A stretch of DNA of 64,000 nucleotides from a virus. The DNA is taken from IMG/VR virus record IMGVR_UViG_3300025424_000296, positions 49,211-113,210 of that record; one strand, written 5' to 3'. The notes beneath the pieces are model-generated. The model did no database searches, had not been told where the DNA came from, and saw nothing but the letters and a program-made list of their open reading frames with translations. Below, piece by piece: positions 17,392 through 26,947 of the stretch. Made by a program: the position numbers and the translations under genes. How positions within the stretch are numbered: position 1 is the first letter of the stretch; every line of letters begins with the position of its first letter.

Positions 17392-17742
17392 ATGTCTAGA
17401 ATAACACTTATTTGTTTATTGTTTCTTATACTTATTGGAATATTTTCTAAAGATCAAACAGAATCTGACAAACTCAATGTTAGTTGTTATACCAAAAATC
17501 AGTTAGATACTATAATAGATAATAGAAAATTTCAAACTTTTACACAGTCATTCTACGATAATGGTAAAGTACTTGAAATAATGATTACGCCACTATTTAA
17601 TAAAGAAATTATAACAATTGAATATGTTCGTGGTACATCTAACTATTGTATTACATCAATTACTCATGGCACTACAATAAATGAGGAATGGATAGAAATA
17701 TTGTATAATACTTTACAAAAAATAAAAGGTCTCAAAGTTTAA
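17392..17742 (+). CDS. Membrane-anchored hypothetical protein
   Basis: N-terminal TM helix. Confidence 0.6.
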   Translation: MSRITLICLLFLILIGIFSKDQTESDKLNVSCYTKNQLDTIIDNRKFQTFTQSFYDNGKVLEIMITPLFNKEIITIEYVRGTSNYCITSITHGTTINEEWIEILYNTLQKIKGLKV

Positions 17743-17805
17743 GTTTTAAACTCGGTGGATTATAAATATGGTGTGTTTATAATAAACACTGTAAGGAGAA
17801 TTACC

Positions 17806-18051
17806 ATGAATTTAGAGGGATATAAAACATATATAGTTGCGGCCCTCATGGCTGCATTGCCAACTATAACAACCGCTGTTAATCATATTGATTGGGTTAC
17901 AGTACTAACTGGATTGGGTGTTCAAAAGGAGTGGATCGTACCACTTGCAAGTTTCGCAGCAGCAGTGGTTATGGCCATAATGAGAAAAATTACTCAGGCT
18001 ACGACTGTTAAGACTGCATTAGAAACAGAGCCTCCAAAAAAGCAGGGTTGA
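17806..18051 (+). CDS. Putative small holin
   Basis: TATAAATA at 17761, AAGGAG RBS, GYKTY N-terminus, hydrophobic segments, charged tail. Confidence 0.5.
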   Translation: MNLEGYKTYIVAALMAALPTITTAVNHIDWVTVLTGLGVQKEWIVPLASFAAAVVMAIMRKITQATTVKTALETEPPKKQG

Positions 18052-18122
18052 CAAAACGCTAAAAAACACTATATTTAAACTTTAGCATTGGCATGATGAT
18101 GAGTCTGTAAGACCTGTGTTAT

Positions 18123-18197
18123 GTTCCGGTGCCAGAGTAGTTATGGAGCAGACTGCAAATCTGTTTTAGGTGGGTGCAAGTCCCTCCCGGAACTCCA
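18123..18197 (+). tRNA. tRNA-Cys(GCA)
   Basis: GTTCCGG/CCGGAAC, GCAGA-CTGCAAA-TCTGT, U73, CCA; promoter TTGACA at 18048. Confidence 0.88.
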
Positions 18198-18204
18198 AAT
18201 TTAT

Positions 18205-18281
18205 AGCGGGGTAGAGCAGAAGCAGCTCGCTTGGTTCATACCCAAGAGGTCGTGGTAGAGCATTTCCCACCCCCGCTTCCA
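18205..18281 (+). tRNA. tRNA-Met(CAT), initiator-like D stem, aberrant T arm
   Basis: AGCGGGG/CCCCGCT, GAGC/GCTC D stem, CTTGG-TTCATAC-CCAAG, CCA; T loop lacks TTC. Confidence 0.75.
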
Positions 18282-18301
18282 TTTTTAGTAGAGGTGAGTA
18301 A

Positions 18302-18415
18302 ATGAGTTTAGATACTTTCTTTGTTTTTAGTGCAATTACAACTTTAGGAGTTACAATACTTTTAACACTGTGTTGGATCGGACTTGCTGTATATGATCAT
18401 TTGAAAAATACATAA
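18302..18415 (+). CDS. 37-aa membrane peptide (below ORF-track cutoff)
   Basis: GAGGTG RBS; MSLDTFFVFSAITTLGVTILLTLCWIGLAVYDHLKNT. Confidence 0.55.
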   Translation: MSLDTFFVFSAITTLGVTILLTLCWIGLAVYDHLKNT

Positions 18416-18439
18416 TACACGGTGATAATGGAGAGTAAC

Positions 18440-20137
18440 ATGGAATACAAGGCCCCAGTTGATAGTGTTTTATTTCTACTACGAGATGTGTTAAAATTTG
18501 ATAGTGATATTACTGAAGCTATTTTAACTGAGGCTGCTAAATTAGCCGAGGAATCAATTGCTCCTACTAATCAACAGGGCGACGAAGCGGGATGTTTCTT
18601 AGTCAATGGACCAGGATTAGAACGCCCAGAAGTGGTAACACCGGCATCATTTAAAGAACCATGGAAGCAATTTTGCAAGGGTGGTTGGCTGGGATTATCA
18701 GTACCCGAAGAGTATGGCGGACAGGGATTACCATATACCATTGCTTGTGTTATTAATGAGTTTGTATCCAGCGCCAATATGGCTTTAAGTCTTTATCCCG
18801 GTCTGACTCGCGGTGCTATTCAAGCATTGCTAGAGGTAGCAACAGAGGAACAGAAACAACAATTTATTCCCAAAATGGCCACCGGTGAGTGGACAGGTAC
18901 TATGAACCTAACAGAACCGCACTGTGGAACTGATCTGGGATTGCTTAAAACCAAAGCAACAGTTAGTGAGAATGGTACATATAACATAACTGGACAAAAG
19001 ATCTTTATCAGTTGTGGCGAACACGATCTCAGCAAGAATATCATTCACCTTGTGCTGGCAAGAGTAGAAGGTGATCAACCGGGGACAAAAGGTATTAGTT
19101 TATTCATTGTTCCCAAAATGATTGATGATCAGTATAATGCAGTATCGTGTGGCTCTATTGAACATAAGATGGGTATTCACGGGTCAAGTACCTGTGTTAT
19201 GAACTATGACGGGGCCGTTGGGTATCTTGTAGGTGAACGTGGTAAAGGTTTAAATGCCATGTTTATCATGATGAATGAAGCGCGACTAGGAGTTGCAGTA
19301 CAGGGATTATCACAAAGTGAATTGGCTTACCAAAATGCTGTTGCATATGCTAAAGATAGACTCCAGGGGCGTTCGCTTACTGGTGCAAAGTTTCCGGACC
19401 GAGCAGCCGATCCTATTATTGTTCACCCTGATGTGCGTCGTATGCTTATGGATATTAAGGCTGTAAATGAAGCTGGACGTCTTTTGATATTAGAAGCAGC
19501 TTTGCTATGTGAAGATAAGTCAGATGCTGCACAAGACAGATTAGGATTGATGACTCCGATTCTTAAAGGTCTTCTTACAGATTTGGGATTCGAAAATGCT
19601 GTAAAGGCACAGCAGGTATTCGGCGGACATGGTTATATTCGAGAATGGGGTATGGAACAAATTGTTCGTGACGCTCGTATTGCTCAAATATACGAGGGTG
19701 CCAATGGTGTTCAAGCTATGGATTTAATTGGGCGTAAACTTCCAAAGAATATGGGCCGTGCAGTTAAGAACTTTTTTGATGAAAATGAAAAGATTCTCAT
19801 CGACTTCATGCTTGATCCGCTTACAACAGTATCTCCTATAGCGACAGATGTATATGGAGCATTAAACGACCTAAAGGCAGCAACTAAATGGTTGATGCAA
19901 AATGCACTTAAAAATCCCAATAATGCTGGATCTGCTGCTTATGATTACATGTACTTGTTTGGTATTGTGTTGCTGGGACTTGCGCATGTTAAGATAGTTG
20001 CTGCCACTGATGATGCGGATAGACACATAACAGCCAAATATTTCATTGAACGTATTTTACCAGAAACTAAATTACGTCTCTCCCGTATCCAAGCAGGATC
20101 AGGTACAATGATGTCATTGAGTGACACTGGTTTTTGA
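18440..20137 (+). CDS. Acyl-CoA dehydrogenase (FadE5/DmdC-like long form)
   Basis: GTMNLTEPHCGTDL, GQKIFIS, EHKMGIHGS, QVFGGHGYI.EWG.EQ..RDARI..IYEGANG. Confidence 0.95.
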   Translation: MEYKAPVDSVLFLLRDVLKFDSDITEAILTEAAKLAEESIAPTNQQGDEAGCFLVNGPGLERPEVVTPASFKEPWKQFCKGGWLGLSVPEEYGGQGLPYTIACVINEFVSSANMALSLYPGLTRGAIQALLEVATEEQKQQFIPKMATGEWTGTMNLTEPHCGTDLGLLKTKATVSENGTYNITGQKIFISCGEHDLSKNIIHLVLARVEGDQPGTKGISLFIVPKMIDDQYNAVSCGSIEHKMGIHGSSTCVMNYDGAVGYLVGERGKGLNAMFIMMNEARLGVAVQGLSQSELAYQNAVAYAKDRLQGRSLTGAKFPDRAADPIIVHPDVRRMLMDIKAVNEAGRLLILEAALLCEDKSDAAQDRLGLMTPILKGLLTDLGFENAVKAQQVFGGHGYIREWGMEQIVRDARIAQIYEGANGVQAMDLIGRKLPKNMGRAVKNFFDENEKILIDFMLDPLTTVSPIATDVYGALNDLKAATKWLMQNALKNPNNAGSAAYDYMYLFGIVLLGLAHVKIVAATDDADRHITAKYFIERILPETKLRLSRIQAGSGTMMSLSDTGF

Positions 20138-20140
20138 TAC

Positions 20141-20335
20141 ATGGATGAATTAGATCAGATATTATTAGATCAACTTAAATCTTTAAAAAGAAGAGTTGAC
20201 CTGGTATCAAAAAAAACTCTAACAGTTGCTGGTATATCAATACAACTGCCAGACGATTTTGATGAGTTAGACATGGTAAGAGACCAGATTCTTTTAAAAA
20301 TACAATTTTTTGAGAACATGTTAAAGAGTGACTAA
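20141..20335 (+). CDS. Hypothetical protein
   Basis: ORF in operon context. Confidence 0.6.
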   Translation: MDELDQILLDQLKSLKRRVDLVSKKTLTVAGISIQLPDDFDELDMVRDQILLKIQFFENMLKSD

Positions 20336-20355
20336 CGATCATATAATTATTCATT

Positions 20356-20550
20356 TTGATAAGTATGTGGTATGAAATTGGGAGAGCTCTTATGAAAGTA
20401 TTAGTTGTTGCAACTATATTTGTTATGCTTCAAAATGGCATGGGTCATCAACAAACAATCAAAATTGATCCAAGAGCTTGCGCTCATCCGACATATCAAG
20501 CAGAAGTTGAAGGACAGCCTGCTACAGTTGGAATTAGGTGCCATAAATAA
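20356..20550 (+). CDS. Small hypothetical protein
   Basis: Hydrophobic N-terminal segment; true start may be downstream. Confidence 0.5.
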   Translation: MISMWYEIGRALMKVLVVATIFVMLQNGMGHQQTIKIDPRACAHPTYQAEVEGQPATVGIRCHK

Positions 20551-20598
20551 TTTTATTAAACCTTTACATTACTAATGGTAATGTTTATATAATAGTAT

Positions 20599-20793
20599 AT
20601 GAAAACTTTTTATTTCAAATTAGCTCTGGCATTAGATAAGATCAGTAATCTCATGATCGAACATGCTAACAGATGGTATATCAAAAGTAAATTTTCAAAA
20701 TTAATCAAAGAATTTATATTTTTATTTTCAATTTTACCTGCTACATTATTATGTAATCTAGCACAATATTTTGAAAATAAATCTAAAAATTGA
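20599..20793 (+). CDS. Hypothetical protein
   Basis: ORF with TATAAT just upstream. Confidence 0.5.
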   Translation: MKTFYFKLALALDKISNLMIEHANRWYIKSKFSKLIKEFIFLFSILPATLLCNLAQYFENKSKN

Positions 20794-20819
20794 GTCTAAT
20801 GTCTCATAAGGAGGGAAAA

Positions 20820-21518
20820 ATGTACTCGAATTCTGCAAATAAGTCTGTAACTGCTACTCAATATGACGAGGGGTTACGACAGTTCATGCAAAGTGTGTTC
20901 AATAACATGGCCACAGGTCTTGCTATTAGTGCTGTTATATCATTTCTAGTTGGTACCAATCCAGAACTGTTAAAATTATTCTTTGCTGGTCCGCAACGTT
21001 GGGTTGTAATGCTAGCACCTTTGGCTATGGTATTCTTTATCAGCTTCAGAGTGCATACCATGAGACCGGAAACGGCAAGGCTATGGTTTTTTGCCTATGC
21101 AGCCGTAATGGGATTGAGTCTAGCAACTATATTTGTTGTATATAAGATGGGTAGTATTGTCACAGTGTTTTTTGCCAGTTCTGCCATGTTTGGCGGTATG
21201 GCATTATATGGTCACACTACCAAAAGAGATCTTACACAATTGGGATCATTCTTTATTATGGGTGTATGGGGTATAGTTATTGCAGGATTGATTAATTTAT
21301 TTTTCATGAGTTCTGTTGTAACCACTGCAATCAGTATCGTTGCTGTGGTATTATTTGCAGGACTAACTGCATATGATGTGCAAATGCTTAGAGCTATGTA
21401 TGATGGGTTAGATTATGAAGACCGAGAACGGTCTGGAGTTATTGGTGCTCTGAGTCTTTACTTAGACTTTATCAACATGTTTATGAGTTTGTTACAGTTA
21501 TTTGGAGAGCGCAAATAA
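20820..21518 (+). CDS. yccA: Bax inhibitor-1/YccA family membrane protein
   Basis: YDEGLRQFM..V, YGHTTKRDL, LTAYDVQ, GALSLYLDFINMF; about 7 TM segments. Confidence 0.92.
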   Translation: MYSNSANKSVTATQYDEGLRQFMQSVFNNMATGLAISAVISFLVGTNPELLKLFFAGPQRWVVMLAPLAMVFFISFRVHTMRPETARLWFFAYAAVMGLSLATIFVVYKMGSIVTVFFASSAMFGGMALYGHTTKRDLTQLGSFFIMGVWGIVIAGLINLFFMSSVVTTAISIVAVVLFAGLTAYDVQMLRAMYDGLDYEDRERSGVIGALSLYLDFINMFMSLLQLFGERK

Positions 21519-21539
21519 TAAAATATTATTGTAATGTAA

Positions 21540-21574
21540 TATTTCCCAAGGTGCACAATACAGCTTGGGAAATA
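21540..21574. terminator. Bidirectional terminator hairpin
   Basis: TATTTCCCAAG...CTTGGGAAATA between convergent genes. Confidence 0.65.
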
Positions 21575-21637
21575 ACTTTTTATAAATATATTATTTTAAA
21601 TAATTGAATTTATTGAAAATAATTTTTAATTTTTATA

Positions 21638-23554
21638 TTATACTAACCTAATATGCAAAACTCCATTATTTTGATAAATTCCGTTTATCGGCACTCCTGC
21701 TGCTGCTGCTGTTACATCATCTGTTGCTGCAAGAATTCCTGGCATAATTGGATAATTTCCAGTTGGAGCTAGATATATTGTCCAAGCAATTACTTCCACA
21801 GTTTCTCCACCTGTTAATGGTGTATTAAGAATAACTGATGTACCATTTGTTGCAGTATACGAATTGACTAGTAGTTTAGCACCGTTTACATATATGTCTA
21901 CGTAATTTATTGAATAATTTACTGTAAATGTAGTCTGTCCCGCTGAAGCAATGAAGTCTACTGCGGTATAGGATCCCACAGTTGGCGGACCTTCTGGACC
22001 TGTTGGTCCTTGTATACCCGGTATACCTGTAACACCAATTGGACCTTGTGAGCCAGTTGGACCTTGTGAGCCAGTCGGACCTGTTACTGTACTTGCTGCA
22101 CCAGTTGGACCTGTTACTGTACTTGCTGCACCAGTTGGGCCAGTTACACCAAACCCAGTTGGACCAGTTGCACCTTGTATTCCCTGTGGACCTGTCAATC
22201 CAGTTGGACCAGTATTGCCCTGTGGTCCGGTTGGACCTTGTATTCCCTGTGTGCCTATAGGACCTGTTGGTCCTAAGTTCCCGGGAACGCCCTGATTACC
22301 TTGTGTTCCTTGTGGCCCTGTTTGACCTACATTGCCTTGCAAACCAGTTGGACCAGTTGGACCAGTAGTTCCTGCCCCGCCGCCCCCGGCTGTTGTTTGA
22401 ACTGTACCGTCAGAAAATTTGATACCAAATCCCTGAGTTCCGATAACTATGTTACCGCCATATACTGCTAATTTTCCAGATGATATTGAAACTGTACCAA
22501 TACCAACTGCTCCCTGAACTATCAATCCATTTGCAGGTGCTGTTGCTGAACCGGCATATGCACCACCACCTCCGATAACTGCACTGCCACTAACGTCTAA
22601 TGTGTTAACAGGGACGACGCCGTTTAGTCCAATACCACTAGATGTCCAAATTAACATTTGATTGCCACTTGGACTTGGACTTAGATAGCTATAATTACTT
22701 GAAATGTTATAACCAATTGTAGCACCGACAGTGACACTTGTGCCAACTATAATTTGCGGATCAGCACTGTTTAATGTATCGAACAACGCTGGGGCATTAC
22801 CTACAACATTTAGGGTTAATGAACTTGTATCATTTGTACCCACTGCCAACCTGTGGTTAGAATAGTCATAATAAAATTTATTACTATCTCCGGCGAAATT
22901 TGTTCCAGATGCATATTGTACTGCTCCATTACCACCAATAGCCGGACTTTCAAAACCAGCAGGGCCAGTTGCACCTGTGGATCCGGTTGGTCCAGAACCT
23001 TGTGGTCCTGTCCATCCTGTTGGACCTGTTACTATACTTGCCGGGCCTGTTGGACCCTGTGGTCCCGGCGGTCCTTGTAATCCATTATTATTTGAAATAT
23101 ATTGCGGCGCTATAGCAGCAGGACTCACAGCACCGTAATTTAACAGTATTTTAATTACAGATCCAACAAGATTAGCATCCACGGGGGGCGGTATAATATA
23201 TGTACGATCAACCCTGGCACGTATCCATATAAAGTTACCAGAAAAGCTGTAAGCAAAGTTACCGGTATCCCCTACTGCATCTCCATAGGCAGACAAGTCT
23301 CCAACTGGTTTAAATGGATTTTTTGGGAATTGCAAGTACTGTTGATTAGTTACCAGTGGTATTGGCACCCAGTCGCGGTCGGATGGAGTTCTTGCCAAGC
23401 TACCTTCTATATATATTCTACCAACAAAGTTATTCAATCCTATACTAACTGTATGGTTGTTACCTATTGTATTAGAATATCCGGCCCCTTGTTGTGGCTG
23501 ACCAGTTACATTTAATTGGCCACTGGTTGTATCAAGTAGGGTAATACTTTGCAT
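21638..23554 (-). CDS. Collagen-like (GPT/GxQ) virion fibre protein
   Basis: Two Gly-X-Y blocks, fibre beta modules, late TAAATA motif upstream. Confidence 0.8.
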   Translation of the reverse strand: MQSITLLDTTSGQLNVTGQPQQGAGYSNTIGNNHTVSIGLNNFVGRIYIEGSLARTPSDRDWVPIPLVTNQQYLQFPKNPFKPVGDLSAYGDAVGDTGNFAYSFSGNFIWIRARVDRTYIIPPPVDANLVGSVIKILLNYGAVSPAAIAPQYISNNNGLQGPPGPQGPTGPASIVTGPTGWTGPQGSGPTGSTGATGPAGFESPAIGGNGAVQYASGTNFAGDSNKFYYDYSNHRLAVGTNDTSSLTLNVVGNAPALFDTLNSADPQIIVGTSVTVGATIGYNISSNYSYLSPSPSGNQMLIWTSSGIGLNGVVPVNTLDVSGSAVIGGGGAYAGSATAPANGLIVQGAVGIGTVSISSGKLAVYGGNIVIGTQGFGIKFSDGTVQTTAGGGGAGTTGPTGPTGLQGNVGQTGPQGTQGNQGVPGNLGPTGPIGTQGIQGPTGPQGNTGPTGLTGPQGIQGATGPTGFGVTGPTGAASTVTGPTGAASTVTGPTGSQGPTGSQGPIGVTGIPGIQGPTGPEGPPTVGSYTAVDFIASAGQTTFTVNYSINYVDIYVNGAKLLVNSYTATNGTSVILNTPLTGGETVEVIAWTIYLAPTGNYPIMPGILAATDDVTAAAAGVPINGIYQNNGVLHIRLV

Positions 23555-23623
23555 CTGACACCTCTGAATTGTCAGATATTTATTAGTTATTTTTGTTTTA
23601 CTGTTTGGTACATTAAATGAAAA

Positions 23624-23806
23624 TTAATTTAGTTCTGCTACTTCAACAATTATTGTATTGTCATTAATTACTTCTTCGACTAGTGCGGGCACTGTTTCTT
23701 CTATTAATTTCTTTTGATCTACTGATACAACAGTAGAAGTTTTACTATCATCTTTAACTATTTTACTGAGTTTAATAACTATGATTTCTTCTAATACCTT
23801 GGCCAT
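23624..23806 (-). CDS. Conserved small phage protein
   Basis: GGAG RBS; MAKVLEEIIVIKLSK. Confidence 0.65.
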   Translation of the reverse strand: MAKVLEEIIVIKLSKIVKDDSKTSTVVSVDQKKLIEETVPALVEEVINDNTIIVEVAELN

Positions 23807-23821
23807 GTTGTTGCTCCGGTT

Positions 23822-24157
23822 TTAAACTGTTTGAGATTTTGGTTTCCTGCCACGTTTTTTACCAATCTTTTTATTACTGCCGTCTTTGTTTATATCATAA
23901 ACATCAGCATACCTTGAAATATCCATGCCATCTATGGCTATGATAGATTCATCATTTATTTTAATTCGTTTTTTTTCAATTATATCTTGCATGGTAAAAT
24001 TTATATTATTTTCAGTTACCTCAAAGCTCACAATACCAAAATTACCAATTTTATTTAAAGTCCTGCCCAATGCATCTCTTATGGTGTACGCAACTGTGAT
24101 AACATTGTCCTCAGTGATCGCGTGTCTGTCAAGTAACGCTGATATTATTTGGTTCAT
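23822..24157 (-). CDS. Hypothetical protein with C-terminal AT-hook-like motif
   Basis: Ends KKRGRKPKS. Confidence 0.65.
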   Translation of the reverse strand: MNQIISALLDRHAITEDNVITVAYTIRDALGRTLNKIGNFGIVSFEVTENNINFTMQDIIEKKRIKINDESIIAIDGMDISRYADVYDINKDGSNKKIGKKRGRKPKSQTV

Positions 24158-26440
24158 TTAAATTTCTCCGTTATTTACTGTATCCAGTAATTCAAACTCT
24201 TCTGTATCTGACAGCTCAGCTGTTTCCATATATTCGAATTCTAATTGATCATCGTTAACATGTACTGTTACAGCACCGCCATTTTTAAGACGTCCAAATA
24301 GCATTTCTTTGGCAAGAGGTTTCTTGATATTTTCCTGTATAACTCTGGCTAGTGGCCTTGCACCCATGTTGCGATCAAAACCTCTTTTGATAAGCCATTC
24401 TTTAGTAACTGAATCTAGTACAATATTAACTCTCTTTTTGCTACTGAGTTCGTTCATTTGATTTATAAATTTGTCAATGATTTTATTCATGTTTTCTTTA
24501 GATAGCTTGTTGAATCTCACAATACCATCCAGTCTGTTACGGAATTCTGGTTTAAAGTAACTGTTGATAGCATTAATGTCTTCGTCTGTGCGCTCTGTAC
24601 TACCAAATCCTATAGCAGATCGTTCCATATCTGCTGCTCCGAGATTACTGGTAAAGATAACGATAGCATGTCTAGCACTTGCAACTTTACCATTTTGGCC
24701 AGTTATGATACCACTGTCCATGACTTGTAAGAAAATGTTATAAACATCCGGATGTGCTTTTTCAATTTCGTCAAATAGTAATACACAGTGCGGATTTGTT
24801 TCTAGTGTATTAATCAATATGCCAGATCCAGCAGACCCGTCACTATAGCCCACGTAGCCCGGAGGAGATCCAATCAGTTTGCTAACAGCATGTCTTTCTT
24901 GGAACTCACTCATATCAAATCGCACAAATTCTACACCCAGACTTTTGGACAGTTGTTTTGCTAATTCTGTTTTACCTACCCCACTAGGACCGCTGAATAA
25001 AAAAGATCCAACAGTTTTATCTGCTTCTCTGAGTCCACTTCTGCTGAGCCAGATCATGCTTGACAGTGTTTCTACTGCGTCATCTTGTCCAAATATGGCA
25101 CCTTTGAGATCTGCATCAAGTTTTGCAAGCTTATCAGCTTCGGAAGTTTTAATTGTAGCCACTGGAATTTTAGCTACTCGACCAACTTCAGCTTCAATTT
25201 CTTTTTTGGTAATATTTTTAATTCTTTCATATTCTGGCCTAATTTTTTGCCAAGCAGCAGAACTATCAATTATATCAATGGCTTTATCTGGTAAGAATTT
25301 ATCATGAATATGCTTAGCTGTTAACTCTACAGCAGCATCAAGTGCTGCGATATCATAGGTCACATCGTGATATTCTTCATAGTATTTGGCAACACCTCTG
25401 AGAATACGTTTAGCATCTTCGATACTGGGTTCATGAATATTTAATTTTTGAAAACGACGTACAAGAGCACGATCTTTTTCAAAATGTTTACGGTATTCAT
25501 CCATTGTTGTTGAGCCAATACAATGAATTTCACCTCTACTCAGAGGCGGCTTCAACATGTTAGCTGCATCAAGTGACCCATTGCCACCGCCGGCATTACC
25601 GGCGCCCATGATCATGTGAATTTCGTCAATGAACATAACAGCGTCTGGTAGACTACAAAATGCCTTAATAATGGCTTTCATACGTTCTTCAAAATCGCCG
25701 CGGAATTTAGTACCAGCTACTAGTGTACTGATATCCACACTCCAAATGGTTTTATTTAATAATGTTTCTGGAACTGATTTTTCTGTAATCCTTTTGGCAA
25801 GACCTTCGATTATCTGAGTCTTACCTACGCCTGCATCGCCAGTCATTACTACATTATGTTTGTTACGACGTGCTAAAATCTGCGTAATCTGTTCAACTTC
25901 TCGTTCACGTCCAATAAGCGGATCAATTTTTCCGTTTTCAGCCTTGCGATTGAGGTTAATGCAGAAGGTTTCTAGTGTTTCTATTGCTTCGGTTAGATCC
26001 ATCTTTTCAGAATCTGCAGCTTGACTTTTATTGATAATATCTATGATAGCTTCTTTACTAGGGCCGTGCTTGTCTAGAAAGTATGCTGCATGACTATCTG
26101 TTGTTCCATATATAGCCAGTAATAAATCCACCGGTCCAACTTCGTTTCGACCACTGAATATGCTCTGAGTTTTGGCTTTCTTAACCACATTCATTAATAA
26201 TTGAGTGTGTCTTGGACTAGAAGAATTATCTTGTACTATCACATGATTATCCGGCTCATCTAAATAATCAAATGTGTCTTTGGCAACTGCTTCTGGATTA
26301 CCATTGGCTTTTTTCATTAATTTAACTAATTCTTGATCATCTAATAATGCAGCCAGTAGATGTTCAAGTGTCACCAATTCATGATGACGAGCAGAAGCTA
26401 ATTGATAACTATGCTGGACAGTCTGCTCAAAGGTTTTCAT
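24158..26440 (-). CDS. clpA: ATP-dependent Clp protease ATPase ClpA
   Basis: Clp N domain, two AAA modules (GDAGVGKT, GPSGVGKT), IGF loop, no M domain. Confidence 0.95.
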   Translation of the reverse strand: MKTFEQTVQHSYQLASARHHELVTLEHLLAALLDDQELVKLMKKANGNPEAVAKDTFDYLDEPDNHVIVQDNSSSPRHTQLLMNVVKKAKTQSIFSGRNEVGPVDLLLAIYGTTDSHAAYFLDKHGPSKEAIIDIINKSQAADSEKMDLTEAIETLETFCINLNRKAENGKIDPLIGREREVEQITQILARRNKHNVVMTGDAGVGKTQIIEGLAKRITEKSVPETLLNKTIWSVDISTLVAGTKFRGDFEERMKAIIKAFCSLPDAVMFIDEIHMIMGAGNAGGGNGSLDAANMLKPPLSRGEIHCIGSTTMDEYRKHFEKDRALVRRFQKLNIHEPSIEDAKRILRGVAKYYEEYHDVTYDIAALDAAVELTAKHIHDKFLPDKAIDIIDSSAAWQKIRPEYERIKNITKKEIEAEVGRVAKIPVATIKTSEADKLAKLDADLKGAIFGQDDAVETLSSMIWLSRSGLREADKTVGSFLFSGPSGVGKTELAKQLSKSLGVEFVRFDMSEFQERHAVSKLIGSPPGYVGYSDGSAGSGILINTLETNPHCVLLFDEIEKAHPDVYNIFLQVMDSGIITGQNGKVASARHAIVIFTSNLGAADMERSAIGFGSTERTDEDINAINSYFKPEFRNRLDGIVRFNKLSKENMNKIIDKFINQMNELSSKKRVNIVLDSVTKEWLIKRGFDRNMGARPLARVIQENIKKPLAKEMLFGRLKNGGAVTVHVNDDQLEFEYMETAELSDTEEFELLDTVNNGEI

Positions 26441-26916
26441 TTTGATCTCCTAGCCCTTTTTCTAGCTAAATGTAGTGTAACTTTACCCACTCGATCTGTA
26501 AAGACAATTCCTTGACAGTGATCCCACTCATGTAGAAAGCATCTTGCTTCTAGCTCCATTAGTGTTTCAGTGTGTTCATATCCTGTTTCATCAATCCAGT
26601 TTGCAACAATGCTAAATGGTCTCGATATTGGCAATTTTAACCTAGGAAAACTAAGACAACCTTCTTCCTCAGTTGACATTTCATCGGTTGTGCTTAATAC
26701 CGTTGGATTAATACAAGTACGTTTCTTACCCATACAATTCATGACAAACATGTTAAGGTCTAATCCAACTTGAGGAGCAGCTAAACCAATGCCATCCCCT
26801 TTGTTCATAACTCTGTGCATTTCTTCGAAAGTTTCTAGTAACGTTGGTATTTGCTCTAGCTCTACCAACTTAGCCGCTGTTCTTAATATGGGATCGTAGC
26901 TGTTTGTGAGTTTCAT
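26437..26916 (-). CDS. def: Peptide deformylase
   Basis: GIGLAAPQVG, EGCLS, HEWDH. Confidence 0.95.
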   Translation of the reverse strand: MKLTNSYDPILRTAAKLVELEQIPTLLETFEEMHRVMNKGDGIGLAAPQVGLDLNMFVMNCMGKKRTCINPTVLSTTDEMSTEEEGCLSFPRLKLPISRPFSIVANWIDETGYEHTETLMELEARCFLHEWDHCQGIVFTDRVGKVTLHLARKRARRSK

Positions 26917-26947
26917 GTTATTACTTTGCGGCTAAAATGCAATCTTG

